Source of the DNA: Eledone cirrhosa
Lineage: Eukaryota
Length of the DNA: 64,000 nt
Reading direction: 5' to 3'
NCBI GenBank assembly: GCA_964016885.1
Contig: OZ024741.1
Location: 191,146,001-191,210,000, forward strand
In this document: piece after piece, positions 27,886 to 40,814 of the stretch
How the letters are laid out: each line of letters starts with the position of its first letter
Numbering within the stretch: the stretch's first letter is position 1
The notes under the pieces: generated by a model
The model's database searches: none
What the model was told of the DNA's origin: nothing
Seen by the model: the letters and a program-made list of their open reading frames with translations, nothing else
Program-made: the position numbers and the translations under genes

Positions 27886-30800
27886 CATATACATGGTGAA
27901 ACATTCCCATACATCTACCATGGTGAAACATTCTCAGCCAACTACCATATACATGGTGAAACATTCCCATACATCTACCATGGTGAAACATTCTCCGCCA
28001 GCTACCATATACATGGTAAAACATTCCCATACATCTACCATGGTGAAACATTCTCAGCCAGCTACCATATACATGGTGAAACATTCCCATACATCTACCA
28101 TGGTGAAACATTCTCAGCCAGCTACCATATACATGGTGAAACATTCCAATACATCTACCATGGTGAAACATTCTCAGCCAGCTACCATATACATGGTGAA
28201 ACATTCCCATACATCTACCATGGTGAAACATTCTCAGCCAGCTACCATATACATGGTGAAGCATTCCCATACATCTACCATGGTGAAACATTCTCAGCCA
28301 TCTACCATATACATGGTGAAACTTTCCCATACATCTACCATGGTGAAACATTCTCAGCCAGCTACCATATACATGGTGAAGCATTCCCATACATCTACCA
28401 TGGTGAAACATTCTCAGCCATCTACCATATACATGGTGAAACATTCCCATACATCTACCATGGTGAAATATTCTCAGCCAGCTACCATATACATGGTGAA
28501 ACATTCCCATACATCTACCCTGGTGAAACATTCTCAGCCAGCTACCATATACATGGTGAAACATTCCCATACATCTACCATGGTGAAACATTCTCAGCCA
28601 TCTACCATATACATGGTGAAACATTCCCATACATCTACCATGGTGAAACATTCTCAGCCAGCTACCATATACATGGTGAAGCATTCCCATACATCTACCA
28701 TGGTGAAACATTCTCAGCCAGCTACCATATACATGGTGAAACATTCCCATACATCTACCATGGTGAAACATTCTCAGCCATCTACCATATACATGGTGAA
28801 ACATTCCCATACATCTACCATGGTGAAACATTCTCAGCCAGCTACCATATACATGGTGAAGCATTCCCATACATCTACCATGGTGAAACATTCTCAGCCA
28901 GCTACCATATACATGGTGAAGCATTCCCATACATCTACCATGGTGAAACATTCTCAGCCAGCTACCATATACATGGTGAAACTTTCCCATACATCTACCA
29001 TGGTGAAACATTCTCAGCCAGCTACCATATACATGGTGAAACATTCCCATACATCTACCATGGTGAAACATTCTCAGCCAGCTACCATATACATGGTGAA
29101 ACATTCCCATACATCTACCATGGTGAAACATTCTCAGCTATCTACCATATACATGGTGAAACATTCCCATACATCTACCATGGTGAAACATTCTCAGCCA
29201 GCTACCATATACATGGTGAAACATTCCCATACATCTACCATGGTGAAACATTCTCAGCCATCTACCATATACATGGTGAAACATTCCCATATATCTACCA
29301 TGGTGAAACATTCTCAGCCATCTACCATATACATGGTGAAACATTCCCATATATCTACCATGGTGAAACATTCTCAGCCAACTACCATATACAGGGTGAA
29401 ACATTCCCATACATCTACCATGGTGAAACATTCTCAGCCATCTACCATATACATGGTGAAACATTCCCATACATCTACCATGGTGAAACATTCTCAGCTA
29501 TCTACCATATATATGGTGAAACATTCCCATACATCTACCATGCTGAAGCATTCTCAGCCAGCTACCATATACATGGTGAAACATTCCCATACATCTACCA
29601 TGGTGAAACATTCTCAGCCATCTACCATATACATGGTGAAACATTCCCATACATCTACCATGGTGAAACATTCTCAGCCAGCTACCATATACATGGTGAA
29701 ACATTCCCATACATCTACCATGCTGAAACATTCTCAGCCAGCTACCATATAAATGGTGAAACATTCCCATACATCTACCATGGTGAAACATTCTCAGCCA
29801 GCTACCATATACATGGTGAAACATTCCCATACATCTACCATGGTGAAACATTCTCAGCTATCTACCATATATATGGTGAAACATTCCCATACATCTATCA
29901 TGCTGAAACATTCTCAGCCAGCTACCATATACATGGTGAAACATTCCCATACATCTACCATGGTGAAACATTCTCAGCCATCTACCATATACATGGTGAA
30001 ACATTCCCATACATCTACCATGGTGAAACATTCTCAGCCAGCTACCATATACATGGTGAAACATTCCCATACATCTACCATGGTGAAACATTCTCAGCCA
30101 GCTACCATATACATGGTGAAACATTCCCATACATCTACCATGGTGAAACATTCTCAGCCAGCTACCATATACATGGTGAAACATTCCCATACATCTACCA
30201 TGGTGAAACATTCTCAGCCAGCTACCATATACATGGTGAAACATTCCCATATATCTACCATGGTGAAACATTCTCAGCCATCTACCATATACATGGTGAA
30301 ACATTCCCATACATCTACCATGGTGAAACATTCTCAGCCATCTACCATATACATGGTGAAACATTCCCATACATCTACCATGGTGAAACATTCTCAGCCA
30401 GCTACCATATACATGGTGAAGTATTCCCATACATCTACCATGGTGAAACATTCTCAGCCAGCTACCATATACATGGTGAAACATTCCCATACATCTACCA
30501 TGGTGAAACATTCTCAGCCAGCTACCATATACATGGTGAAGCATTCCCATACATCTACCATGGTGAAACATTCTCAGCCAGCTACCATATACATGGTGAA
30601 ACTTTCCCATACATCTACCATGCTGAAACATTCTCAGCCATCTACCATATACATTGTGAAACATTCCCATACATCTACCATGGTGAAACATTCTCAGCCA
30701 GCTACCATATACATGGTGAAACATTCCCATACATCTACCATGGTGAAACATTCTCAGCCAGCTACCATATACATGGTGAAACATTCCCATACATCTACCA

Positions 30801-31147
30801 TGGTGAAACATTCTCAGCCAGCTACCATATACATGGTGAAACATTCCCATACATCTACCATGGTGAAACATTCTCAGCCAGCTACCATATACATGGTGAA
30901 ACATTCCCATGCATCTACCATGGTGAAACATTCTCAGCCATCTACCATATACATGGTGAAACATTCCCATACATCTTCCATGGTGAAACATTCTCAGCCA
31001 TCTACCATATACATGGTGAAACATTCCCATACATCTACCATGGTGAAACATTCTCAGCCATCTACCATATACATGGTGAAACATTCCCATACATCTACCA
31101 TGGTGAAACATTTTCAGCCATCTACCATATACATGTTGAAACATTCT
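27886..31147. repeat. 60-bp tandem satellite, about 54 highly homogeneous copies (33+27-bp dimer)
   Basis: unit acattcccatacatctaccatggtgaaacattctcagccagctaccatatacatggtgaa stays in register with the 60-nt lines and shows no indels. Confidence 0.98.
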
Positions 31148-31467
31148 CTGCTTATCACATCTAATTAAATATTTCTCGTATAGAAATAGATTTAAGAAAA
31201 TTCATCAAGTTTTGATTTATCTTAAAGTTTTTTTAGAAACCATATCTTTTATCATTGGCTTCATTGCTTCATTTTACAAAATGTACACACACACATGCAC
31301 TCATACATACACTCATTCATACACTCACGCACACACACACATACACACTCATATGTACCACACACAGATATATGCATGTATACATATATCATCATCATCA
31401 TCACCACAGTTTTACGTCCATTCTTCCACTTTCGGTATTCTTTTGTCACTCATTCACTCATTCTGCT

Positions 31468-31514
<47 letters not shown>

Positions 31515-31734
31515 CTTGGCTGTGGAACATATAAAGATAGTTTTTTTTATGTTTTACAGTGAACCTTTTAAACTGTAGTTATACCGGCATTAAACTCATA
31601 TATATATATAACATATATATACATATATATACATATATAACATATATATATAACATATATATATAACATATATATATAACATATATAACATATATATAAC
31701 ATATATATACATATATATAATATATATAAACATA

Positions 31735-32125
31735 CCAAGATATTAATAAATGGAAACTATATTTATAAAACCATATTTATTGGTGTGCTTTCATCAGATA
31801 AAATACAAAATTTGTTTTATAAATAACGACATACCCATGGAAATCAACCTTAACGGTCGGAAATTCTCTGGATAGAAATTCACTATCCAGCGAATTTCCG
31901 ACCGTTAAGGTTGATTTCCATGGGTATGTCCTTATTTATAAAACAAATTTTGTATTTTATCTGATGAAAGCACACCATGATTGGCTTGGTCGCCCTTGAA
32001 ATATATATAATAAAATAAATATGGTTTTATAAATATAGTTTCCATTTATTAATATCTTGGAATATATACTCCACTAATCTGTTGAGTGCTCTATATCAGT
32101 TTTAAACATTTATGTTTGTCGAAAT
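31735..32125 (+). mobile_element. fold-back mini-element 1 (probable Penelope pLTR remnant) in a (TA)n tract
   Basis: inverted arms 31735-31875 and 31883-32060, 7-nt loop; the right arm has a 37-nt extra segment; unique 3' tail to ~32125. Confidence 0.8.
31953..32017 (+). ncRNA. type I hammerhead ribozyme (minimal stem III)
   Basis: TATTTTAT-CTGATGA(31961-67)-AAG..CTT stem II-GAAA(31998-32001)-T-ATAT-A-TA/ATAAAATA; 8-bp stem I, palindromic tetraloop; predicted cleavage after 32009. Confidence 0.8.
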
Positions 32126-32151
32126 TCCAACAAATTAAATATAACTTCTAC

Positions 32152-32256
<105 letters not shown>

Positions 32257-32390
32257 GGAGGTGAGTTTTATTGTAGCACTGCAAATATCGGATAAGTAGC
32301 ACTCTACAGTTTGTAGGAGTGGATCTTATATTATATATATATAAATATATATATAATATAAGATCAAAAGATGGTTAAAAGAGTTCCAAG

Positions 32391-32461
32391 TATTTTATTA
32401 TGCGCATTTCAAAAATAAATATCATCATGAGATGATATCTGCGTTTTCATCAGATAAAATA
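32391..32461 (-). ncRNA. type I hammerhead ribozyme
   Basis: minus strand: TATTTTAT-CTGATGA-AAACGCAGATATCATC tcat GATGATATTTATTTTT-GAAA-T-GCGC-A-TA/ATAAAATA; complete core, all three stems. Confidence 0.88.
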
Positions 32462-32579
32462 GGGATACATGATATGAAGGTTAAAAAACACTTGTGAATA
32501 GTGAAGTTTTAAATCAACATATGTTGATTTAAAACTTCACTATTCACAAGTGTTTTTTAACCTTCATATCATGTATCCC

Positions 32580-32654
32580 TATTTTATCTGATGAATGAAA
32601 ACGCAGATATTATCTCATGATGATATTTGTTTTTGAAATGCGCATAATAAAATA
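32580..32654 (+). ncRNA. type I hammerhead ribozyme, mirror copy with a 4-nt ATGA duplication after the core
   Basis: CTGATGA 32588-94, GAAA 32635-38, T-GCGC-A-TA, stem I ATAAAATA 32647-54. Confidence 0.7.
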
Positions 32655-32684
32655 CTTGGAACTCTTTTAACCATCTTTTGATCT

Positions 32685-32838
<154 letters not shown>

Positions 32839-33079
32839 TTACATTCCATGCTGGAGATATTTATGATATAAATCTTTAATTATAATTCCTTTCAGGATGG
32901 GTTGAAGCAAAAGAGAGGATAGAACATTGAACTAGATACTTCTGCAGGTTTATTATAATGTCTTATCTACTTTATATTCAGATTATACAGAAACTATCAT
33001 CTAGACATCTATAAACCACTTCTTCTAGATTAAACTCAATATGGCTGCCACTAACGTAACCCTTGGCTGGGCTCAGTCT

Positions 33080-36000
33080 ATTAATAATAATAATGAAAAT
33101 ATTGTGTACAGTGCTCAGGTGCACTACAACTCATCAAAAGTGTATGTATAGTACATAGGGTAATGTACAAACGTCAGGAAAATGAACAGTGCATGAGTCA
33201 TGATATACACATGTGTGCATGTGTATGGAAGGGGAACATCAGGTGTAGTTTTGGCGAATTTCGGGAAGCATGAGCGTTTTAAAGGGTGCAGTGTCTCGGC
33301 AGCTAACAACTGACGCAGGCAGTTTGTTCCATGCTTCAGCAACTCTAAGCGTGAAAAAAGTTATGGGAGCTGTGCTGTTTTCTGACTTTGTAGGCATGTC
33401 CACGTGTGTTAGACACATGGAGATCAAAAAGGTGCTCAGGGTTGTTGTTGGCGAGATGGTTAATAACTTTGTGGGTGTTTATCAAGTCCATTGCCAGACG
33501 TCGGAGCTTCAATGAATCCATGCCCAGGGAAGCAAGGCGTTCAGAGTATGGTAGGTGTCTGATGGAGGGTATGCGCTTGGTTGCACGTCCCTGAACAGTT
33601 TCCAGGAGGTCAATGTTCTGAGCAAGATAGGGGTTCCAGACTGATGATGCGAATTCCAAGTGTGGTCGTACCATAGCTGTATACAGCTTTAAATAGATGG
33701 CTGGAGAGCAGCTAACAAAGGTCTTGCTGAGTGATGCGAAGACACCCTCGGCTTTCTTGACAACTTTAGAGATGTACTTTGTCCAATGCAAATCGCTGCT
33801 GACAGTAATGCCCAGGTCACGTTCACAAGAAGACTTCTTGATATCAGTGTTGTGGAGGGAGTATGTGGACGCTGGATTTTTCCTCCCAAAATGCATGGTG
33901 GTACACTTGTCCACAGCCAGCTTCAGTTGCCAGTCTGTTGCATTGTCCATTGTTGCATTGTGTCCAGATCTGATTGTAGGAAAGAGTTATAGATTTCAGG
34001 ATCTGTCCTTTTGATTTCAAGGAACAGCTTGATGTCTCTGCATATTTCAGTACTGTGGCATTCTTTAAGTTGGCATCTATGTCATTAATATATGCCACAA
34101 ACAAAAGGGGACCAAGAACAGATCCCTGTGGTACACCAGATGATCTCATATGGTGAAGAATGCTGTCCTAGAACCGTGACTACCTCTTTTCGGCTGAGAA
34201 CGAAGGATTTCAACCAGTTAAAAAGATCATCCTTCACACTCATTGCACAGAGTTTTGCCATAAGTATTTTGTATGGTACAGAATTAAAAACCTTAGCGAA
34301 GTCAAGGTAAACAACATCCACCCATGAGCTGCTGTTAGTGATCCGGGTAATGTCTTCAAGGAACTCGATAAGCTGATCACAGCAGCTGGAGTTACGGATA
34401 AATCCAAATTGCGAGTGCCGGATGAGGCTGTGAGAGCTCCAGAAGTTGTAAAGTGTTTCTCTGACACAGGATTCCATCTTGGCAATACAGCTAGTAAGAC
34501 TGACTGGACGATAGTTGACAGGTGATGTGCGATCGCTCTTTTTGAACAGGGGAATGACACTGGCAGTTTTCCACTGCTCCGGAGTAGCACCATTGTTGAG
34601 ACATTATTGAAAGAAGAAAGAAAGCTGGTGCAAAAGGAACTACCTGCCACGTTTGAGAAGCAGGTAGGTAACACCATCAAGACCAGGGGAGGCATATTTG
34701 CGCTTATTCTTAAGGTGACGTCGCAGCATTTCAGGTGTAAATTCCATAGTTATTATGGAATTTGATGTTAGAGATGGTGGAGATGGTACATTCTGGTTTT
34801 CAACAGTAAAATGCTTGCATAGCATTCAGCAATGAGTTCTGCGCATTCTTTGGGATCGTCAGTGATCTGGGTTGTGTGGGGATTGCGAAGAGGACCAACT
34901 GGAGAGTGAGGTCTCTGCTTTGAATGTACATATTTCCAGAACACCTTACTGTCAGGATTGGTTGCTATGCACTGTTCAAATTCAAGCACTGCCTTTTTTG
35001 TCATTTGCTTGAGATGGTTAGAAGATTTATTCCGCTTTTTTCTGTTGGTATCTGATCTATGCAGTTTATATTCCCGTTCAGCATTCCAACGTTCTTTCCT
35101 GGCAAGTCTGACCGCTGAAGTTTCCCAAATTGCACTTTTGGGGTGGGTTTTTTTCTGCTTACGTGGCACTGATGCTGCACACGCTATCCATATTGAGTCC
35201 AGGATGCTCTGGAGTATAGTGTTCACATCTCCAGAGTTATAGAACTCATGCCAGTTTGGGCACTGTAGCTCAGTGCAGTACAAGTTCCAATCTGCTTTCT
35301 TCCAATCAAAGCAAGCAGATTGGAGATGGTTCTGGTTTTTGTTGCTGCCCGCAAGAGCCAGATTGGCAATGATTATAGCATGATCAGAGTCGCCTAGAGG
35401 CTCCTCAGTAGTACAATTGATAACCACTTCAAGAGTAGTCGTAAAGAGCAGGTCCAAAGTGTTGTCACCTCTTGTTGGAGAGGTGACTACTTGTGACCAG
35501 TTTGAGTCCAGCACTAGCTCAAGGAAAACGTTTTCATTTTGTGGCCAACGAAAGGTTTCCCAATCGATCTCAGGATGATTGAAGTCACTTGCAATAAACA
35601 CATAAGTGGCTGTTTTCCTGGCAGCAGCTCTGAGGATATCGCAAAGCTGTGTGTAGTTTAGGGGGCGATAAACAAGCTGATGGTAGTTTAAGGGGCGATA
35701 AAAAACACCGAGCAGAAGTGTAGACATGGTCATATGTATGTCACAGAAAAAACTTCTTCTTGTGATTCGTTCAAATCAACGCAAGGAATTACCGAAAAAT
35801 TTGAACGAACGTAGACCATCACACCATCACCACGGTGATTAATGCGGTCCTTGCGGAACAGGTTGTACCCAGTAATGCTGAAAACCCCATCACAGAGTAA
35901 GGAATGTGCCCATGTTTCCGTGACTGTGATGAAGTCAAGGTCGATGCTTCTGACGTAGGAGTTAAACAGATGTATTTTGTTGCATAAACTGCCAGAATTT

Positions 36001-36692
36001 AAGGACAACAATTTGTACCCTGCTTGCAGTTTATGATGGTGTGTAGAGGGTGGCAGGTTGTTCTGGTTTAGTTTCCCAGAGTTGTTGCAGTTTTTTCATT
36101 GCCAGTTATTATGGGTAGAGTGCACTCAGACCAGCTGGTATCTCTCTTCCACGTTTCACCAGCCTTAACAAACCTCCAGATCTGCCCATCATCACGCAGA
36201 CTAAAACTTTCATGTTGTGCTGAGTTCCGATTCAAGGAAGCTGCAGCACGTAGCTTTGGACGTACATCAGGTGGTAGGCCTGGGCGTGTTCGGAAGGTAA
36301 TCCGATTTTCACGCCCAGTTTTAACAGAGGCCAGATGATATGAATTGCTTCAGCGGGGCCCGAAAAAGACAGCCTGATGAGTCTGGGTTTTGGACCAGGT
36401 CGACCAAGGCGGAGAGCACCCTTTGGGGGAACACAGCCTAGGTCTTTGGCTGAGCTGTCAGCAAATGCCTTGTCTTCTGGTACCCCAATAGCAATTACTT
36501 CATGGGTAGCAGATTCCGCAGTCTTCTCAGTGTGCCCAGATACGGCAAGAGGTACAGGGAGATTCTTTAGCAAGGCATTCCGATAAGACCCCTCATTGTG
36601 GGGTCCTACCCGAATGCTTGCCTTTATTCCTGTTACTTCCCTTCTTATAGCAGAAATCATTTGTTGCAATTCTGCAAAATCTGTACTGGTCG

Positions 36693-36780
<88 letters not shown>

Positions 36781-37450
36781 TTCCTCCACGGGAATGGTAG
36801 GGGAAGACACAGTCGTCGGTTGTTGGTGTCGAGATGTACTGTGAGCGGAAGACATGGGTTGTTGTTGTTTCTGATGTTCTTCCACAGAAGCCAGTAGAAG
36901 CCAGTGTCATAGGTTTTTGACGTTGTTCAGTAACAATGGTAGAGGAAGATACAGTCATCGGTTTTTTGTTGTTGTTGTTTTTCAATAACATTGGTGGAGG
37001 CAGGCACACAGGCCAGACACTGAAAGGACCAGGATTTTAGCTGGACCATCTCCCAGAGTCCATCCATCATAGCAATATGATGTCTCTTTTTTGGGCCTGG
37101 GATCCTCTGGAAGCCTGTGGCGCATTGAAGGCAGACAGAGATGCGACAGGTTCCACATTCGACCCAGCAATTACGGAACAAGTTTTTGGGTTCCGTACAA
37201 ATATGGCAGGTGTGATTTTCTGGGCAATGTTCTATTTTGGAACATCGACCAGTTTTGTCGCATACTTCATCCATGGATATCACCATGGCAATTTTGTTAT
37301 TTCTGCCCATCAATATAAAAACACAGAATGTAAACAATATAGGTTTAGCACACTTGATTACGATAGAAATAAAATGTTTGTTTTTTGTTTTGTTTTTTTG
37401 TGTATTTTTGTTTCCGTTTTCCTAAATATTGTGTGTGTGTGTACACAAGG
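33080..37450 (-). mobile_element. near full-length CR1/L2-type LINE: Cys-rich ORF1, APE-RT ORF2 with frameshifts, (ATT)n tail
   Basis: ORF1 36927-37337 and 36232-36885; APE 35730-36011 (VTETW, RKDR) and 34768-35733 (DFNHP.IDW, LDLLF, SDH); RT 34085-34477 (QFGF, YLDFAKVF), GVPQGSVLGPLLF; 33345-33950 (VRPHLEFASSVWNP, TRGH). Confidence 0.9.
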
Positions 37451-38356
37451 ATCTGCGCATGTATGTATAATTAAAAAAACAAAGTATGTATATATATATA
37501 TATAACCCATGTAAGCACGGGGAATAGATTTTAAACAGAAATGAAGTCAGTGGTTTTACTGGAGTTTACGATACTTTCATTATAGTCTCTCACACTAAAT
37601 AGTGTGATTTATTTTCACTTTGTGTGTATATATGTGCATGCTACATATAGATATGTGTGTATGTTGCTGTTTTATATAGTTTGGATGTATTTACTGTCGT
37701 CCAACGTCTATTCGTTATTTATTTATTTTTTTTTCATGTCGACACGTGGCGAAAAATATAGTTTACTTTGTCAAATGAAACTAATAGAATTTAGTCCCCT
37801 GCTCTTCCTGCAATCTATGTTGAAATCAAATAGGTTCTAGCATGGTCATGTGGTTAAGATGAAGATAGTTCTTGCCTAGGGTGTCATACAGTGGGACTGA
37901 ACCCAAGATCATGTGGTTGTGAAGCAACCTTCTTAACCATACAGACAGTCAGGGAGTCTGCAAGGCTAAGTCCAGCTTTAGCTGGAAAAATTGGCTTTAA
38001 AACACTTGTTATGTATTTATGATTTACAACAGAAGCTATTCACTTAGATCTGAACATACAAAATATAAATACAATCTACAACAATTTACGTAGTTTACTT
38101 CCCTTTACAGTGTCTGGTGTATTATTGTAGTGTTGCATAAGAGGATTGAATCTACATAGTTGCAAAACAAACTTTTTAACAACACAACCATACTTGTATC
38201 TAATGTTTAACCCTATTGATACCAAATCTGAAATCGGCCCTGTTTCTATGATATAAAACTGTTTATTTTTAAGTATTTATATTCATCTAAGAACTTTCCA
38301 TCATAATATTATGTAAGAACTTTTGTTAAGTTATATTTCAAACCCTATATTAATAA

Positions 38357-38542
38357 TTGTTTCTACTTTTGGCACAAGGCCAGCAAATATCCCAGTGCAT
38401 TACTGGTACTTTATTTTATTGACCCTGTAAGGATGAAAGGCAAAGTTAACCTCGGCGGGATTTGAACTCAGATCATAAAGGGCCGTACTCTGCTGCAAAG
38501 CATGGCGTCCGACCCTCTACTGATACTGCTAATCCACCGCCC
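38357..38542 (-). mobile_element. tRNA-derived SINE, full length
   Basis: same family as 8269-8454; flanked by ctatattaataa on both sides. Confidence 0.9.
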
Positions 38543-38553
38543 TATATTAATAA

Positions 38554-38728
38554 TTGTTTCTACTTTTGGCACAAGGCCAGCAATTATCCCAGTGCATTAC
38601 TGGTACTTTATTTTATCGACCCCGTAAGGATGAAAAGCAAAGTTAACCTTGGTGGAGTTTGAACTCAGACCATAAAAGGCCGTAACTCTGCTGCAAAGCA
38701 TGGCGTCCGACCCTCTACCGATACTGCC
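38554..38728 (-). mobile_element. tRNA-derived SINE, slightly 5'-truncated, in tandem with the previous copy
   Basis: near-identical body; attaataat on both sides. Confidence 0.9.
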
Positions 38729-38734
38729 ATTAAT

Positions 38735-39423
38735 AATGGTTTTTAATTTTGGCGGAAGGCTAACAATTTGTGGGGAAGAAAAATTTGATTACACTGACCT
38801 CAATGGGTGACTGGTACTTTATTTTAATGACCCCAAATCATGAAAGACAAAATTGACCTCAGAACATAAAGGGTTGTAACTAAATGCCATAAAACATTCT
38901 GTCTAACGCTCTAATGATTATGCCAATCTGCTGCCCTTAAGCATCAGATTAATAGTGAGAAAGTTAATTATTTTACGAAATACTTTAAAATTCTTGATTA
39001 ATTTTCAAATTAATTGAAAACCATCATTAAAAATATGCTTAACTTTGCCTTTCATCGTTTTGAGGTCAATAAATAAAGTATTAGTCAAGTGCTGCGGTTG
39101 ACTCTTCCCCTATATTTCTTTCTCATTTCTTTTCCATCACGCTTTCCCCTTCCCTGGAATAAATAAAATATCAATTAAATATTGAGGGTGATGTAATCGA
39201 CTTTCTCTTCCACATATTGTTCGTATTGTGCCTAAATTAGAAATCATTAATCGTGGAGTACCCTACCATAAGATGGTGGTTTGGCAGAATTGTGAGGGTA
39301 TTAGATTAAAAATGCTTCAGTATTTGTTTCAGCTCATTATGCTTTGAGTTCAAATCCTAGCAGGTTCAACTTTACCTTTCAGCCTTTTGAAGTAGATAAA
39401 TAAAGTAGCAGTCAAGTACTGGT
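38735..39423. mobile_element. cluster of three older SINE copies (38735-38936 minus; ~39035-39100 and 39272-39423 plus)
   Basis: degenerate aactttgcctttcatc / aataaagta core. Confidence 0.6.
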
Positions 39424-40204
39424 GTGGATAATTCTTTCTGGAGAAGGATGGAGGTTCACCAGGCTTAAAATACCCAAGAAACAACATATGACAGTATGGC
39501 ACTCTATGATTCCACTAGGAATGACAGTTCTGTACATACATAAACAATTTTTTTTAAAACTTGCTGCATACCCAGAAAGAATTATTTGCATTTTGTTGGC
39601 TGGAGATTTCCAGAAGGTCTTGTAAAAGATATGATATGGCTGAGTAATTCTGTCTGCCCATTATTTGAGAAATTCTCACCAATTTCATAGAGTCCTTGTC
39701 AGATCATAAAGAAAATATTCAAAACAAGTTCCATGTTTCTTCAGTCATTTTGTACATGCACACATTTCTTAGATTCATCATCTATTTATAACTAAGTAGA
39801 TTGATGAAATGTGACACTTATACACAACTAACATCTTATACAAGGTGGGGCAGCTGTTTCATTTAAATTTATTAAATGTATTTTAAAAGTTGTCACTGTC
39901 ACCACCATCTCACACATATATCTTCATTACTATACACTTACACAAATATATATGTCATATACATATATATATACACATACATACATTTCTTCTACCAGTA
40001 TCACATATAGATGCTAATTTCTGTACACACACAGATACTCACATGCTCACACACACATATACACATACATCATACACATACACACGTGTGTGTGTGTTTA
40101 TATTTATATCTAGATATATAATATATTGAATTGGAATTTTTTTCAACATGCTGACACATATTTGTATATATATGTGTGTGTATATAGATTGTACACACAA
40201 GTGT

Positions 40205-40630
40205 AGTGAATGTTAGACGCTGTTTTCTGTAGTTTGTCATCACCCCTTCCTTCCACAATCATCTATAGTGCATGACGTCAGCACCCCTTCCTTCCTCAGT
40301 CATCTATAGTGCATGACGTCATGACCCCTTCCTTCCTCAGTCATCTATAGTGTATGAAGTCATCACCCCTTCCTTCCTTAGACATCTTTAGTGTCTCACC
40401 GTTAAAGATTCGTTAAAGAATGACGAATTTTAAATAAAAATATTATAGAAGAAAACTTGTGATTAATTCTCAGTGTTAAAGATTTATAGTCATAACAACA
40501 GTGCAGTCTGCATCAGTAAATGTTAGACATTGTTTTCTGTAGTTTGTCATCACCCCTTCCTTCCTCAATCATCTCTAGTGTGTGACATCATGACCCCTTC
40601 CTTCCTCAGTCATCTCTAGTGTGTGACGAA
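40205..40630. repeat. 41-bp minisatellite in two blocks (40236-40395 and 40546-40628)
   Basis: unit gtcatcaccccttccttcctcagtcatctatagtgcatgac; the lead-in aatgttagac..tgttttctgtagttt precedes both blocks. Confidence 0.9.
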
Positions 40631-40814
40631 AGGACGGATGGATGAATGGATGGACGGACGTAAGTCACTCAAATTTATATATAGATTTAAGCAAAAAAAA
40701 AAAAAAACTCTATTTATGGGAGTATAAGCCAGACAGACAAAATTAAGTTAGTCTCATTTATATAAATCTCCCGACCATGGTTTTGTTCATGGAAAAAATA
40801 AATTATTGGAATAA

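Noticed and set aside
27886-31147. CRISPR-like array or ribozyme-bearing satellite
   Set aside because: No unique spacers, eukaryotic context, and no CUGANGA box on either strand of the unit
27881-31168. 416-619 aa ORFs on both strands (MVKHSHTST.., MFHHGRCMG..)
   Set aside because: Products of a stop-free 60-bp tandem unit; broken by sporadic stops; no unique N- or C-terminal domain
32895-32948. Coding exon after the ttcctttcag acceptor
   Set aside because: Stops in all three frames and no clear donor; at most a short terminal exon, which is unsupported
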